The notes under the pieces are model-generated. The model worked only from the letters and a program-made list of their open reading frames with translations, had not been told where the DNA came from and searched no databases. A DNA stretch of 63,890 nt, filler included, from Vicugna vicugna (lineage: Eukaryota), in NCBI GenBank assembly GCA_013265495.1. It is 76 parts of 75 records of this genome, joined end to end, with 100 filler letters (N's around TTAATTAATTAA, not from the genome) between each part and the next. Parts side by side here need not be neighbours in the genome. Positions count along the whole stretch, not along the records: positions 36,464 to 37,288 come from MU060337.1; positions 37,389 to 38,366 come from PNXW01013903.1; positions 38,467 to 39,189 come from PNXW01013904.1; positions 39,290 to 40,073 come from PNXW01013905.1; positions 40,174 to 41,034 come from PNXW01013906.1; positions 41,135 to 41,810 come from PNXW01013907.1; positions 41,911 to 42,365 come from PNXW01013912.1; positions 42,466 to 42,974 come from PNXW01013917.1; 68 more parts are not named here. One strand, given 5' to 3'. The stretch's first letter is position 1. Each line of letters begins with the position of its first letter. Made by a program: the position numbers and the translations under genes. Below are positions 36,464 through 49,024 of the stretch, piece by piece.

Positions 36464-37288
36464 GAAATCGCTCCAGAAATATTTTTTTGTAAAAAATGCA
36501 CGAATTTGAACCTGGTTTTAGGGAAAGCTTGTGAATATGTGTATACGTGTCTAGATGAAAATAGTACTTTTATAGAGGAGGAAAGATTAGTAATCCAGAT
36601 GCCCTCAACTCAGGAATGTATATTTATCGAATCCGTCATGTATGTAGCATGTACAGAACACGGAATATCATGTAGATGGAATCTATGCAAATTACATATG
36701 TCTAGGGAAGAATTCNNNNNNNNNNNNNNNNNNNNNNNNNNNNNNNNNNNNNNNNNNNNNNNNNNNNNNNNNNNNNNNNNNNNNNNNNNNNNNNNNNNNN
36801 NNNNNNNNNNNNNNNNNNNNNNNNNNNNNNNNNNNNNNNNNNNNNNNNNNNNNNNNNNNNNNNNNNNNNNNNNNNNNNNNNNNNNNNNNNNNNNNNNNNN
36901 NNNNNNNNNNNNNNNNNNNNNNNNNNNNNNNNNNNNNNNNNNNNNNNNNNNNNNNNNNNNNNNNNNNNNNNNNNNNNNNNNNNNNNNNNNNNNNNNNNNN
37001 NNNNNNNNNNNNNNNNNNNNNNNNNNNNNNNNNNNNNNNNNNNNNNNNNNNNNNNNNNNNNNNNNNNNNNNNNTTGTTAAGAGAAGGTCAGTAATCCACA
37101 TGCTCACAAGTCAGAAACTTATGATTGCCAAATCCGTCATACATGTAGCATGTGCGGAACCCGGAATGCCATGTTGTTGGATTATATGTAAATTACATAT
37201 CTGTTAGGTGGAAAAGCTCCACAAATATTTTCTGTGAAAAATTCACGAATTTGAACCTAGTTTTAGGGAAAGCTTGTGAAAATGTGTA
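36464..37288 (-). repeat. AT-rich ~248-bp satellite
   Basis: Matches the 19514-19760 segment. Confidence 0.88.
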
Positions 37289-38466
37289 NNNNNNNNNNNN
37301 NNNNNNNNNNNNNNNNNNNNNNNNNNNNNNNNTTAATTAATTAANNNNNNNNNNNNNNNNNNNNNNNNNNNNNNNNNNNNNNNNNNNNGGGCTGCCCCTG
37401 GGTGCAAAGAGCCCTGGGGAGCTTGGCAGCCTGAAGTCCTACGGGGGAGCTGCCCAAGTGATCCTGAGGAGATGAGGCTGTCCTCAGGAGGTAGTCAGGC
37501 TCCGCTACAATAACCGCTATCCCCAGGGACGTCTGGGTTTTAACTGCGCTACGAAGCACACACTACGTGTGTCCTTTGGGAAATTGAAGTGGGAAGTCTT
37601 GATTCCACAACTGACACCAAAGGGACCCTACTAGCCCGTGCGAAAAATCCCGCAGCATCTCATGCTGAATCAGAAGATCAGCTCTGACAGCTCCCAGGGC
37701 AGGACCAACTAGGCGCAGGGTGGGGAGCACAACAGGAGGACACTGCTGAGCGTCGCAATTCCCCTGCAGGGAAGTAGGCCTCTTCACTGTGGGCTCTTTC
37801 CCTTCAAGCCTCTACATCCTACTACAAAAGCAACAACTCTGAGAATCAGGCTTTTCTACCCAGAGTACAACTGGAGGCAGCGGGCCAGAAGAAAAGACAG
37901 GGTTGTGACATTTACCCCACCCAGGAAGACACAAAGCTGCACAAAGCCACGGTACAAAGCTGGAGGGAGGCCTCTGCCCTTTCCCAGACATGAGGACTTG
38001 AATGGCAATGCAAAACAGGAGAATCACCAGGCCTGAGCCGGGAAACCAAAGAAGGACAACAGGAATCTCGATAACTTCTCCAGCAACAATCGGAAAAGAA
38101 AGTGGGAAGCAACAGAAAAGCGAGGAGACATAAGTGTGGAGCAAGGGCTCACACTGAAGACCCACATTCGACAAACAGACAAAGTCTACGATACTCAGCA
38201 TAAAAGAACTCTGATGGTTCCTGTAGGCATCATCGAAGATGATAGGGATGAGGGTAGAATACCACTGCACCCGTGGGCAACAGTTTCAACTTGTAATGAC
38301 ACAAAACACTTGACTAAAAACACATGTCTATAAAAGAGGCTAATACAACTGCAAGGAAAACAAAAANNNNNNNNNNNNNNNNNNNNNNNNNNNNNNNNNN
38401 NNNNNNNNNNTTAATTAATTAANNNNNNNNNNNNNNNNNNNNNNNNNNNNNNNNNNNNNNNNNNNN

Positions 38467-40073
38467 ATTCCATGTTCTATATTCTGGGTTCTATATTCTC
38501 TATTCTTTATTATATATTCTGTGTTCAACTTTGTATAATCTAAATTCTATATTCAGTATTCTGTTTTCTATATTCTAAATTCTGTGTTCTACATTGTATA
38601 TTCATATTCTATATTCGGTATTCTATATTCTAAATTCTGAATTCTACGTTATCTACATTCTATATTCTGTATTCAATATTCTGCATTCCGTATTCTATAT
38701 TCCATTTTCTGTGTTCTACATTCTATATTCTAAATTCGATATTCACTTTTCTGTATTCTATATTCTAAATTCTGTGATCACCATTCCACGTACTAAATTC
38801 TGGGTTCTATATTCCCTATACTATATTCTATATTTTGGGTTCATTATTCTATATTCTATATTCTATATTCTGCATTGCGTAGTCTATATTCTATATTCTG
38901 TGTTTTACATTGTATATTCTAAATTCTATATTCAGTATTCTTTTTTCTATATTCTAAATTCTATGTTCTGCATTCCATGTTCTCCTTCCTGGGTTTTGTA
39001 TTCTGTTTCCCATATTCTATATTCTGTGTTCTACATTCTATATTCTGTATTCTATATTCTGCTTTCCGTAGTCATAGTCTATATATACTGTGTTCTACAT
39101 TGTATATTCTAAATTCGATATTCAATATTCTGTTTTCTATATTATAAATTCTGTGCTCTATATTGTATATTCATATTCTATATTCACTANNNNNNNNNNN
39201 NNNNNNNNNNNNNNNNNNNNNNNNNNNNNNNNNTTAATTAATTAANNNNNNNNNNNNNNNNNNNNNNNNNNNNNNNNNNNNNNNNNNNNACAGAATACTG
39301 AACATAGAATTAAGAATATAGTATGCAGAACACACAATTAAGGATATAGAATACAGAATCCTGAATATAGAATTGAGAAAATGGAATGAAGAACACAGAA
39401 TTTACAATATAGAATACAGAATACTGAATATAGAATTTAGAATATAGAAAGTAGAACACAGAATATAGAATATAGAATAGAGAATTTAGAACATGAAATG
39501 CAGAACACAGAATTTAGAATATAGAATACAGATTACTGAATATAGAATTTGGAATATAGAATGTAGATCACAGAATATATAATGTAGAATACGGAATGCA
39601 GAATATAGAACAGATTATACAATTTAGAACACAGAATATAGATTATGGAAACTTAATACAGAACCCAGAATTTAGAACATGGGATGCAGAACACAGAACT
39701 TAGATTATAGAATACAGAATACTGAATATAGAATATAGAATATAGAATGCAGAACACAGAAATTAGAATATACAATACAGAATACTGAATATAGAATTTA
39801 CATCATGGAATGAAGAACACAGAATTTAGATTATAGAATAAATAATATAGATGCCGAATTATAGAACATGGATTTCAGAACACAGAATTTAGAATATGGA
39901 ATAATGAATACTGAATATAGAATTTAGAATATAGAAAGTAGAACACAGAATATAGAATATAGAATAATAAAACACATAATACTGAGTATAGAATTTAGAA
40001 TATAGAATGCAGAACACAAAATTAATATTATTGTGTACAGAAATCTGAATATAGTATTTAGAATATAGAATGT
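38467..40073. repeat. Heptamer satellite (38467-39189 TATTC strand, 39290-40073 GAATA strand, separate scaffolds)
   Basis: 7-bp periodicity. Confidence 0.92.
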
Positions 40074-40173
40074 NNNNNNNNNNNNNNNNNNNNNNNNNNN
40101 NNNNNNNNNNNNNNNNNTTAATTAATTAANNNNNNNNNNNNNNNNNNNNNNNNNNNNNNNNNNNNNNNNNNNN

Positions 40174-41034
40174 TGAAACTACTTCCCCAACCTTGGAACA
40201 CCTGTGCCCCATAAAGATAAGTGGACTCTGTTTCCCCCCTGCATCAAACACACGGAGACGTGGTCAGGTATCCTGATAGTGGGGAGGCTCCTCCACATGA
40301 CAGCAGCGCCTTGGTTCTAATAGAATCCCTTAGCTTGTAATACGAGTCTTTCCCTGGTCCGGGATGTGAGGGAAAGCTGGGACCGGGCTTAGAGGGAAAG
40401 CTGGGAGTTTGGCTTGGAGGCCAAGTAGCAGCAACTGCCCCCCGATGGAATGTGGAAGTATTTAGAGGACTTCTCCCTAATGGGGAAAAACTGTGACCCC
40501 ATTCATCTACTTGGATTTTGTCTTCACATCTCCCCGCCATATAATTTTGGGTTCCGGAATCCTGAGTTTTGGGAATTTCCTCCAACTGTCAACAGCGCTT
40601 GTGTTCTTGAATCCATTAACTTGCCTTCCCTGATGGTTTACATATGATGGAGTGCAGGGGAAAGTGGGGTTTCGGCTCTACTACCAAGTATTAGCCAATG
40701 CATCTACATGTGAAGTTGAGAAAATTTAACTACAACCAGCAACATAGGAATACATGTGCCACCTGAAAGATGCCTGGACTCTGTTTCCCCACCTCCAGCA
40801 CACAAACGAGGAAGTGTTCTTCTATCCTGAATATGGGGAGTTTCCTCCAAATGACAGCAGCACCTGAGGTGTAATACAATCCGTTAGCTTGACTTCCTTG
40901 AGTGTTTACCTAGGCCGGGCTGTACGAGAATATGGGGGTTGGTCCCTAAAGACAAGGATTAGCGAGTGCCCCTCAATGGGCAGTGGAGTTGTTTAAACAA
41001 AATCCCCAACTTTGGAACACCTGTGCCCCCATAA
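40174..41034 (-). repeat. Diverged ~265-bp satellite
   Basis: Reverse-complement motifs GACAGCAGC...TAATAGAATCCCTTAGCTTG and GGAACACCTGTGCCCCCATAA. Confidence 0.85.
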
Positions 41035-41134
41035 NNNNNNNNNNNNNNNNNNNNNNNNNNNNNNNNNNNNNNNNNNNNTTAATTAATTAANNNNNNNNNN
41101 NNNNNNNNNNNNNNNNNNNNNNNNNNNNNNNNNN

Positions 41135-41810
41135 TTAGAATATAGAATAAAGAATACTGAATATTGAATTTAGGATATACAATTTAGAACACAGTATATA
41201 GAATATAGATTAGAGAATATAGAAGCCAGAATTTAGAACATGGAATGCAGAACACAGAATTTAGAATATAAAATAGAGAATACTTTATATAGAATATACA
41301 ATATAGAATGTAGAACACAGAATTTAGAATATAGAATACAGAATACTGAATATACAATTTAGAATATAGAAGTAGAACACAGAATACAGACTAAAGAATA
41401 CGGAATGCAGAATATAGAATATATAATATAGAATAATGAGCACAAAATATAGAATAGAGAATATAGAACACATAATTAAGAACATGGAATGCAGAACACA
41501 GAATTTAGAAAATAGAATACAGACTACTGAATATAGAATTTAGAATTTAGGATGTAGAACACAGAATTTAGAATGTAGAATACCGAATACTGAATATAGA
41601 ATATGAATATACAATGTAGAACAAAGAATTTAGAATATAGAATACAATGCAGAATATAGAATACAGAATATAGAATGTAGAACACAGAATTTAGAATATG
41701 GAATACAGAATACAAAACCCAAAATTTGGAACATGGAATGCAGAGCACAGAATTTAGAATATAGTAAACTGAATACTGAATATAGAATTTCGAATATAGA
41801 ATGTAGAACA
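41135..41810 (-). repeat. Heptamer satellite
   Basis: GAATATA/GAACACA/GAATTTA units. Confidence 0.92.
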
Positions 41811-41910
41811 NNNNNNNNNNNNNNNNNNNNNNNNNNNNNNNNNNNNNNNNNNNNTTAATTAATTAANNNNNNNNNNNNNNNNNNNNNNNNNNNNNNNNNN
41901 NNNNNNNNNN

Positions 41911-42365
41911 AACACTCAGGGAACACAAGCTAAGGGATTCTAATAGAACCTAGGCGCTGCTGTCACTTGGAGGAGCCTCCCCACACTCAGGATACCAGAA
42001 AAGTTTTTCATGTGTCTCCTGGAGGTGGGGAAACAAAGTCCACGTTTATTTATTAGATCACAGGTGTTCCCAGTTTGGGGATGTAGGTAAACACTTTCAC
42101 TGCTCATAGAGAGGCACTCGCTATTACTTTGGTTTAGTGCCCAACCCCACCTTAACTCACATCGCGGCCAAAGGAAGCAATCATTGATGTCAATCCAAGA
42201 GATTCTATATAGATCCCAGGTGCTGCCGTCAGTTTGAGGAGCCTCCCCACACTTAGGATAGCCGAAGAGTTCTTCGTGTGTGTGCTGGTGTGGAGAAACA
42301 GATCTACACATCTTGCAAAAGGCACAGGTATTCACAGGTTGTGGATTGCAGTTTAAAGGCCTCCA
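41911..42365 (+). repeat. Diverged ~265-bp satellite
   Basis: GATTCTA landmark at 41936 and 42201 (period 265). Confidence 0.85.
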
Positions 42366-42466
42366 NNNNNNNNNNNNNNNNNNNNNNNNNNNNNNNNNNN
42401 NNNNNNNNNTTAATTAATTAANNNNNNNNNNNNNNNNNNNNNNNNNNNNNNNNNNNNNNNNNNNNA

Positions 42467-42802
42467 CCATGTTACACACATTGTGTCTCTGAACCAGATG
42501 AAGATAATGACATTCGTTTCCTGACATTTCCAAGAAAACTCTAGAAGTTGGCTGGGAGTGACCAAATTAAATCCATCTGGTGGGATGATAATGGAGCTTC
42601 CATAGTGATTGATGAGGATATCTTTAAGAAGGAAGTTTTGGAAAGAAAGGCCCCTTTCAGAATATTTGAAACTGGAAGTATGAAAACTTTAGTCAGACAA
42701 ATTAAACTTTATGGGTTTAGTAAAGTGCGGCAGAATTTTTAAAGTTCTGCTTGTCTGGCTGACTTTCTGGCAGAAGAAATAGTAGTCTCTGTTTTAAGCA
42801 AG
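42467..42802 (+). pseudogene. HSFY: HSFY exon 1 3' part (HSF DNA-binding domain), with two nonsense codons and an intact splice donor
   Basis: Translates to PCYTHCVSEPDEDNDIRFLTFPRKL*KLAGSDQIKSIWWDDNGASIVIDEDIFKKEVLERKAPFRIFETGSMKTLVRQIKLYGFSKVRQNF*SSACLADFLAEEIVVSVLSK, followed by GT at 42803. Stops are at 42542 (conserved W to TAG) and 42740. Confidence 0.92.
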
Positions 42803-43125
42803 GTATTAAGTAATTTTAGTTACCGCTGGGTAACTTATTAGTTACCGCTGGGTAACTTATGTATAAAATTTTATTTTGTACATCAAATTATGAGAATATA
42901 AATGTAAAGTGAGCTTTTGAATATCGTACAAAACTACTAAGGCTAAAATCCTTTATTTTTTCTAAAAAAAGGACNNNNNNNNNNNNNNNNNNNNNNNNNN
43001 NNNNNNNNNNNNNNNNNNTTAATTAATTAANNNNNNNNNNNNNNNNNNNNNNNNNNNNNNNNNNNNNNNNNNNNCAGAGGACCCTGATCCCCGAGAGAGT
43101 GCAGCCCCACGTTGGGCATAAAAAT

Positions 43126-43500
43126 GTGTTAACAAACGCAGGTACAGCAACTCGCTTCTCAAAAATTAATACTCAAGAGTGACAAATGGCTTGTAGAAAG
43201 GACAGTTGCCTTTTATCCGAATGCTGGCAGTCTGGGGCGATGGTGGACTTAGTGTCTATAAAAAACAACTCCAAAGAGTCTGCTCGATCATGAATATTCT
43301 CAAGGGAGAAAGAAAGTGACCTCAGTTAAATCATTGAGATGGGGTCAGAGTCATTTCTCTCCCCACCCCCCCGAATATGCAGGCTTGTGGACCTCTTTTG
43401 ATTTTCCTTTAGACACCATCTTGTTCACATAGTTTGTTCATAAGATGACTGAAGGGGAAGCTAGGAAAGAGGTCTTGTCATCTGTTGATTACTTAGTCTC
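43126..43500 (-). mobile_element. Possible ERV LTR fragment
   Basis: Starts TGTTAAC, with an antisense U5/R-like tract TAGAAAGGACAGTTGCCTTTTATCCGAATGCTGGCAGTCTGGGG. Family not determined. Confidence 0.4.
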
Positions 43501-43955
43501 CNNNNNNNNNNNNNNNNNNNNNNNNNNNNNNNNNNNNNNNNNNNNNNNNNNNNNNNNNNNNNNGATCAAAAGATTTGAAAGGTGCTCGAGGGCAGGGGTT
43601 AAGCAGGGCATGGGGTGCCTGATTTAAGGTTACTGACCCGACAAAGAGACCTTCTGCAGAAAGCTCTTTCCTTCCAAAAGCTGCTTTCACATTAGTCTAT
43701 TTCAGAGACATCACAGAAAACACTCGTAGGTAATGAAAAACTCAATGAAGATTTCATTTTTAAGCAAATAGCCATTGTGGTAATTGAACCACAATTAAAC
43801 TTGATCCCAATGGGAATCTGGGTGCTCCAGGACTGTGGGAGCTGGGATCCTGATANNNNNNNNNNNNNNNNNNNNNNNNNNNNNNNNNNNNNNNNNNNNT
43901 TAATTAATTAANNNNNNNNNNNNNNNNNNNNNNNNNNNNNNNNNNNNNNNNNNNN

Positions 43956-44959
43956 AAAAGTGGTTTGCAGTGTAAAACCAAGTCCGTGCTAGTAACTCCC
44001 GATATATATGAAAGAAGCGTAGTTTCAATTGGACTGAAACTCTGGGTTTCCAACAAGGTAGGTAAAGGATGGCTTCAACACTCATTCAGTTCTGAGTATT
44101 GAGATTGTGGAGAGACATTCGTTTGTCTAGCATAAAGGTAATGGTTTCCAGTAGAAACAGCTACACTGGATTCTCAGTATGTTTCCTAGTGCTGGTTTGA
44201 AGTTCATGCAGTTTTCATTGTAAATCCGAGTTGGAAGTAGTACCTCCACATTTCTACAAATGTAGTGAATTTACCCACTCATAAAAAACTGTGTTCCCAA
44301 CAAGCTAGCTGACAGAAGACTTTCACACACACTTAACTCTCAGAATTGTGCAAGTGGAGAGATGTTCGTTCATCTAGCATGAAGGGAATGGGTTGCAGTA
44401 GAAACACTTGTTCTGGATTCTCAGTATGTTTTCCTAGGGCCGGTTGGAGATTCATGCACTTCACACTGAAAAACAGAGTTGGAGCTTGAACCTCCCAAAA
44501 TATATTAATTTCACACAGTTTCGCACAGAAAAGAAACTGTGTGTTCCCNNNNNNNNNNNNNNNNNNNNNNNNNNNNNNNNNNNNNNNNNNNNNNNNNNNN
44601 NNNNNNNNNNNNNNNNNNNNNNNNNNNNNNNNNNNNNNNNNNNNNNNNNNNNNNNNNNNNNNNNNNNNNNNNNNNNNNNNNNNNNNNNNNNNNNNNNNNN
44701 NNNNNNNNNNNNNNNNNNNNNNNNNNNNNNNNNNNNNNNNNNNNACTACCGCCCCAAATATATATAAATAGTGTTGTTTCCAACTGAAAAGAAACATACT
44801 GTTCCCAACAAGCTACGTGAATGACGGCTTTCACACACATTTATTTCTCAGATCTGAGCATGTGGAGAGAAGTTCGTTCATCTAGTATAAAGTTAGTGGG
44901 TTGCAGAAGAAACACTTACTCTGGTTTTACAGTATGCTTCCTAGCGTCGGTTTGAAATT
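43956..44959 (+). repeat. Second ~249-bp satellite family
   Basis: GTGGAGAGA..TTCGTT landmark at 44107, 44354 and 44862. Homologous to 24800-25237. Confidence 0.87.
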
Positions 44960-45290
44960 NNNNNNNNNNNNNNNNNNNNNNNNNNNNNNNNNNNNNNNNN
45001 NNNTTAATTAATTAANNNNNNNNNNNNNNNNNNNNNNNNNNNNNNNNNNNNNNNNNNNNAGATCCTTTGTTCATTTCTTTATTCAGCATTTTTGAGCAGT
45101 GACTATGTATCAGGGACTTGCTCGGTGCTTGGAAACAGAAAATAAGAAATGACCCTTCTCTGTAGGGGCGGGAAGCCAAGGCCAAATCTGGATGTGATCC
45201 GAGCTACGGTAGCCATGTGCAGACTCTGAGGACAAACTGTATCCCCGAATTTGCTTTGGCTTCCCTTGCCTTCTGGCTGGTACACACCAG

Positions 45291-45672
45291 GTCACCGCCA
45301 CCCAAATGGGCCTGCAGCCCACAGCAGAGTATGTACCTCAATCTCCTCTCCCCTCTCNNNNNNNNNNNNNNNNNNNNNNNNNNNNNNNNNNNNNNNNNNN
45401 NNNNNNNNNNNNNNNNNNNNNNNNNNNNNNNNNNNNNNNNNNNNNNNNNNNNNNNNNNNNNNNNNNNNNNNNNNNNNNNNNNNNNNNNNNNNNNNNNNNN
45501 NNNNNNNNNNNNNNNNNNNNNNNNNNNNNNNNNNNNNTCCACTACAGGCACTGTGCGCCCGAGAATGGTTGGAGCGGCTTCCAGACACACCACAAGGTCG
45601 TGGGCCCTGTCACCATTACCGACTGTGTCTCGGCCAAGGCCTTCAAGAAGCTCCACATGCAGAGGAGCTGTA
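45291..45672 (+). CDS. Candidate pair of internal coding exons (45291-45328 and 45548 to contig end) of an unidentified gene
   Basis: Pyrimidine tract plus CAG|GTC...GCAGA|GTATGT, then CTACAG|G. The phase-2 join restores GAG and gives [54 protein letters not shown] with GC3-rich codons. Confidence 0.45.
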
Positions 45673-47538
45673 NNNNNNNNNNNNNNNNNNNNNNNNNNNN
45701 NNNNNNNNNNNNNNNNTTAATTAATTAANNNNNNNNNNNNNNNNNNNNNNNNNNNNNNNNNNNNNNNNNNNNCCTTAATAGGGAAGAAAGTTTGTCAGTG
45801 AATATTGTAAGTAAAATTTTTACTCTTTTGTTTCCTTTTGATGAAAATGTACGTTGTTTTCATGGCTTAAGTACATTTCCTCATTTGTGAAATTTGAGTA
45901 ATATCGTTTAAATCGTTTAGACGCCTTGTATACAAAGAACCCAAGAGGTGCTTAATAAAAATGTGCTGTCACAATGAGAGATATTTTAGAAGTATCAACT
46001 CTGAATACTGAAGAACATCGCTTATTTCTGATGCATATTCAAAATGTATATATATGTTAGATTTGAATATGGTTTAAAGTAACAAAGATTCATTTTTTTT
46101 TAGTATAGTATGAAGTTTTAATGAAATCTGTATCATTCTCCTGAGACAGGGAATAGTTAAATTGCCTTAATCAGATGACCTTGAAGATTATTTACACAGA
46201 AAATGTGTTGTTACAACTCAGAATTCATGTTGCCGTGTTACCATCCACTCAGACATTTAAATTCGTGGATTAAATTCGTGGGATTCTGACCAGATCCACT
46301 AAGTTTAGTAAAATCCACATTGATCATTTTCAGGGAATAAGCTTCTCTCTTTTGTGATTAAAGAAAATTTTGATTTTTTTTTCTGCACTCTTAACAGGTT
46401 TAAAATATCAAAACATTGATTTGACATGTCACTTTTTTAATACAATGAAGCTCATGCTGTTTTATTATGTAAATAAACCTTTTTGTATTTCAACAAACTT
46501 TTATGATATCCTTGCTCTTTGAGAACTATTTTGCAAGATACTTAGATAACCTACTGTTNNNNNNNNNNNNNNNNNNNNNNNNNNNNNNNNNNNNNNNNNN
46601 NNTTAATTAATTAANNNNNNNNNNNNNNNNNNNNNNNNNNNNNNNNNNNNNNNNNNNNGGCGGGCCACAGAGCTGCTGAGGTAACTTTCCAGTGACCCAT
46701 TCGGAGAGCGGATCTGCAGGGGGAGTGTAAGGGGAGTAGCTGGTTTCTAGGAGATGGTTCTGTGTGTGGCATTTTGAGTGCGAAGTGTCAATGGGACATC
46801 TCAGGGCTGATGTCCATTGTTAAGCTGGATTCACCACTCAGGAGCTCAGAGGAGCTGTGGGTGAGGCCATGCGGGTTATTCGGTCCTGCCAGGCGGAGGA
46901 CTGAAGACGAGGCCCTGGGGAAAAGGGCCATGTACATGGCAAATGGGAGAAGAGAGGTCCACCAAGAGAAAGAAGAATAGCAGAGAAGTTGAGAGAAAAC
47001 TAGTTGAGGCAACACAGAGAAGGCTGTAACCTGGCTTAAGAGGGATTTGAACAATGACTAAAAACTAAAAGGAGTGAGAAAGGGGGGTGTGTGGAGCAAA
47101 AAAGCAAGGGCTATAGCCCACTTTTAATTGTCTAAACTGAGGAAAAGACGGAGGAGGACTATACTTAGGTAGCCTTTAAAAACAGATCTGTGTGTGCCTG
47201 TGTGTGTGCATATGTGCACACAAATTTTCTGCCTTGGCTTTTAGAATTTATTTAAGTAAAACAAAAATTAAGGGGGGAAAACATTCCACTGAGAGGAAAA
47301 TATTTGTCCACGGCAAAAGCTACCTGGTAATCAAATAAACAGGAGCTGAAAATGCCCACTGGTTTGAAACACACAGCCACCGGCAGTGCAATACCTGTCT
47401 CAGTGCCGCGGTGAGGGCCGTGGGGGCTGCAGGGCTCTNNNNNNNNNNNNNNNNNNNNNNNNNNNNNNNNNNNNNNNNNNNNTTAATTAATTAANNNNNN
47501 NNNNNNNNNNNNNNNNNNNNNNNNNNNNNNNNNNNNNN

Positions 47539-48310
47539 AAACTGACAGCAGCACCTGGGATCTAATAGAATCTCTGGAATTGATATCCCTGATTGTTTCC
47601 TTTGGCGGCGATATGAGTTAAGGTGGGGTTGTGCACTAAACCAAAGTAATAGCGAGTGCCTATCGATGAGCAGTGGAAGAGTTTAACTACATCCCCAACG
47701 TGGGAACACCTGTGCCCCCATAAAGATGAGTGGACTCTGTTTCCCTCCTCCAGCACACACACGACATTGTGTTCAGATGACTTGAGTGTGGGGAGGTTCT
47801 TCCAACTAACAGCAGCTCATGGGTTCTAATACAATACCTTAACTTGTCTTCCATGATGGCTTGCCAAGGCCGGTGTGCGGGGGAAAGTTGGGATTGGGCT
47901 CTAAATCAAGTATTAGCGAGAGCCTATTTATGGGATGTGGGTGTTTAACCTAGAACCCACAAACATGGAATAACTCTGCCCCCTGAAAAATGCGTGTGCT
48001 AAGTTTCCCCACCTCCAGCAAACACAGGAAGAAGTGTTCTGATGTTCTGAGTGTGGGGAGGTTCCTCCAACAGACAGAACACCTGGGTTCTAATAGAATC
48101 CCTTAGCTTGACATGCATATGTGTTTTCCTAGACCTATTAGTGAGCGATGGTGGGGGATTGGCTCTAAAGCCAAGTAATAGCGAGTGTATTTCTGTGGGT
48201 AGTGGAGGGTTTCAAAATACTTCAACAACCTTGGAACACCTGTGCCCCCATAAAGATGTGTATTGTGTTTCCCCACCTCCAGCACACACACGGAGACGTA
48301 CTGAGGTATC
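47539..48310 (-). repeat. Diverged ~265-bp satellite
   Basis: Three monomers with CTGGGTTCTAATA, TAATAGCGAG and GGAACACCTGTGCCCCCATAAAGATG. Confidence 0.87.
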
Positions 48311-48410
48311 NNNNNNNNNNNNNNNNNNNNNNNNNNNNNNNNNNNNNNNNNNNNTTAATTAATTAANNNNNNNNNNNNNNNNNNNNNNNNNNNNNNNNNN
48401 NNNNNNNNNN

Positions 48411-48565
48411 GCATGGAAGAGAACCTCCCTCACAGCCCCAGGAGCAATCTACCCCACTGACACCTTGATCTTGGACTTCCAGCTGCCAGAACCATGAAAG
48501 AATAAATTCCTGCTGTTGAAGCCACTCAGGTTTGTGGTACTGTGTTAAAGCAGTCCTGGTGATAC
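48411..48565 (+). mobile_element. MLT1 (MaLR) LTR 3' part
   Basis: GACACCTTGATCTTGGACTTCCAGC...AGAATAAATTCCTGCTGTTGAAGCCAC...GTTTGTGGTACT. Confidence 0.85.
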
Positions 48566-49024
48566 ATTTGTGCATTACAAAAACAACCCAAAATAGAAAT
48601 GAAAAATGAAAAAAATAAATATACATGAGAGTTCTAGCATTTTCCTCAGGTGGGCGCTTATGCACGCCACCTTGGAGACCGCTAGTTTCAGGTGGCAAAG
48701 TTGGCACTAACCACTGATTTCCCACAACCCTTGCCATTTGGAATCCAGGATTCTAACCTCACCCCTCAGCTCTCTAATTGTTTTCCCGCTGAATGGTAAG
48801 GACTCAGCAGGGTTTGGGTTTGGGGTGGTTCTGCCCTCCGAGGGTCCAAGGGTCTGGCCCCACAGGCCTCCCTTGCGTACTCTGGCCTGCTGTGGCCTGC
48901 TGAGTGCACCAGGTGAAGTGGGCCNNNNNNNNNNNNNNNNNNNNNNNNNNNNNNNNNNNNNNNNNNNNTTAATTAATTAANNNNNNNNNNNNNNNNNNNN
49001 NNNNNNNNNNNNNNNNNNNNNNNN

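Noticed and set aside
37389..38366. Possible L1 5' UTR or ERV leader with a 152-aa minus ORF
   Set aside because: No diagnostic motif recognised, and the ORF has no identifiable protein features.
38467..40073. Large inverted repeat formed by opposite-strand heptamer blocks
   Set aside because: The blocks are separated by a linker, so their relative orientation is arbitrary.
4227..42974. A single HSFY gene spanning the window
   Set aside because: Exon 2 precedes exon 1 and they lie on separate scaffolds joined artificially.
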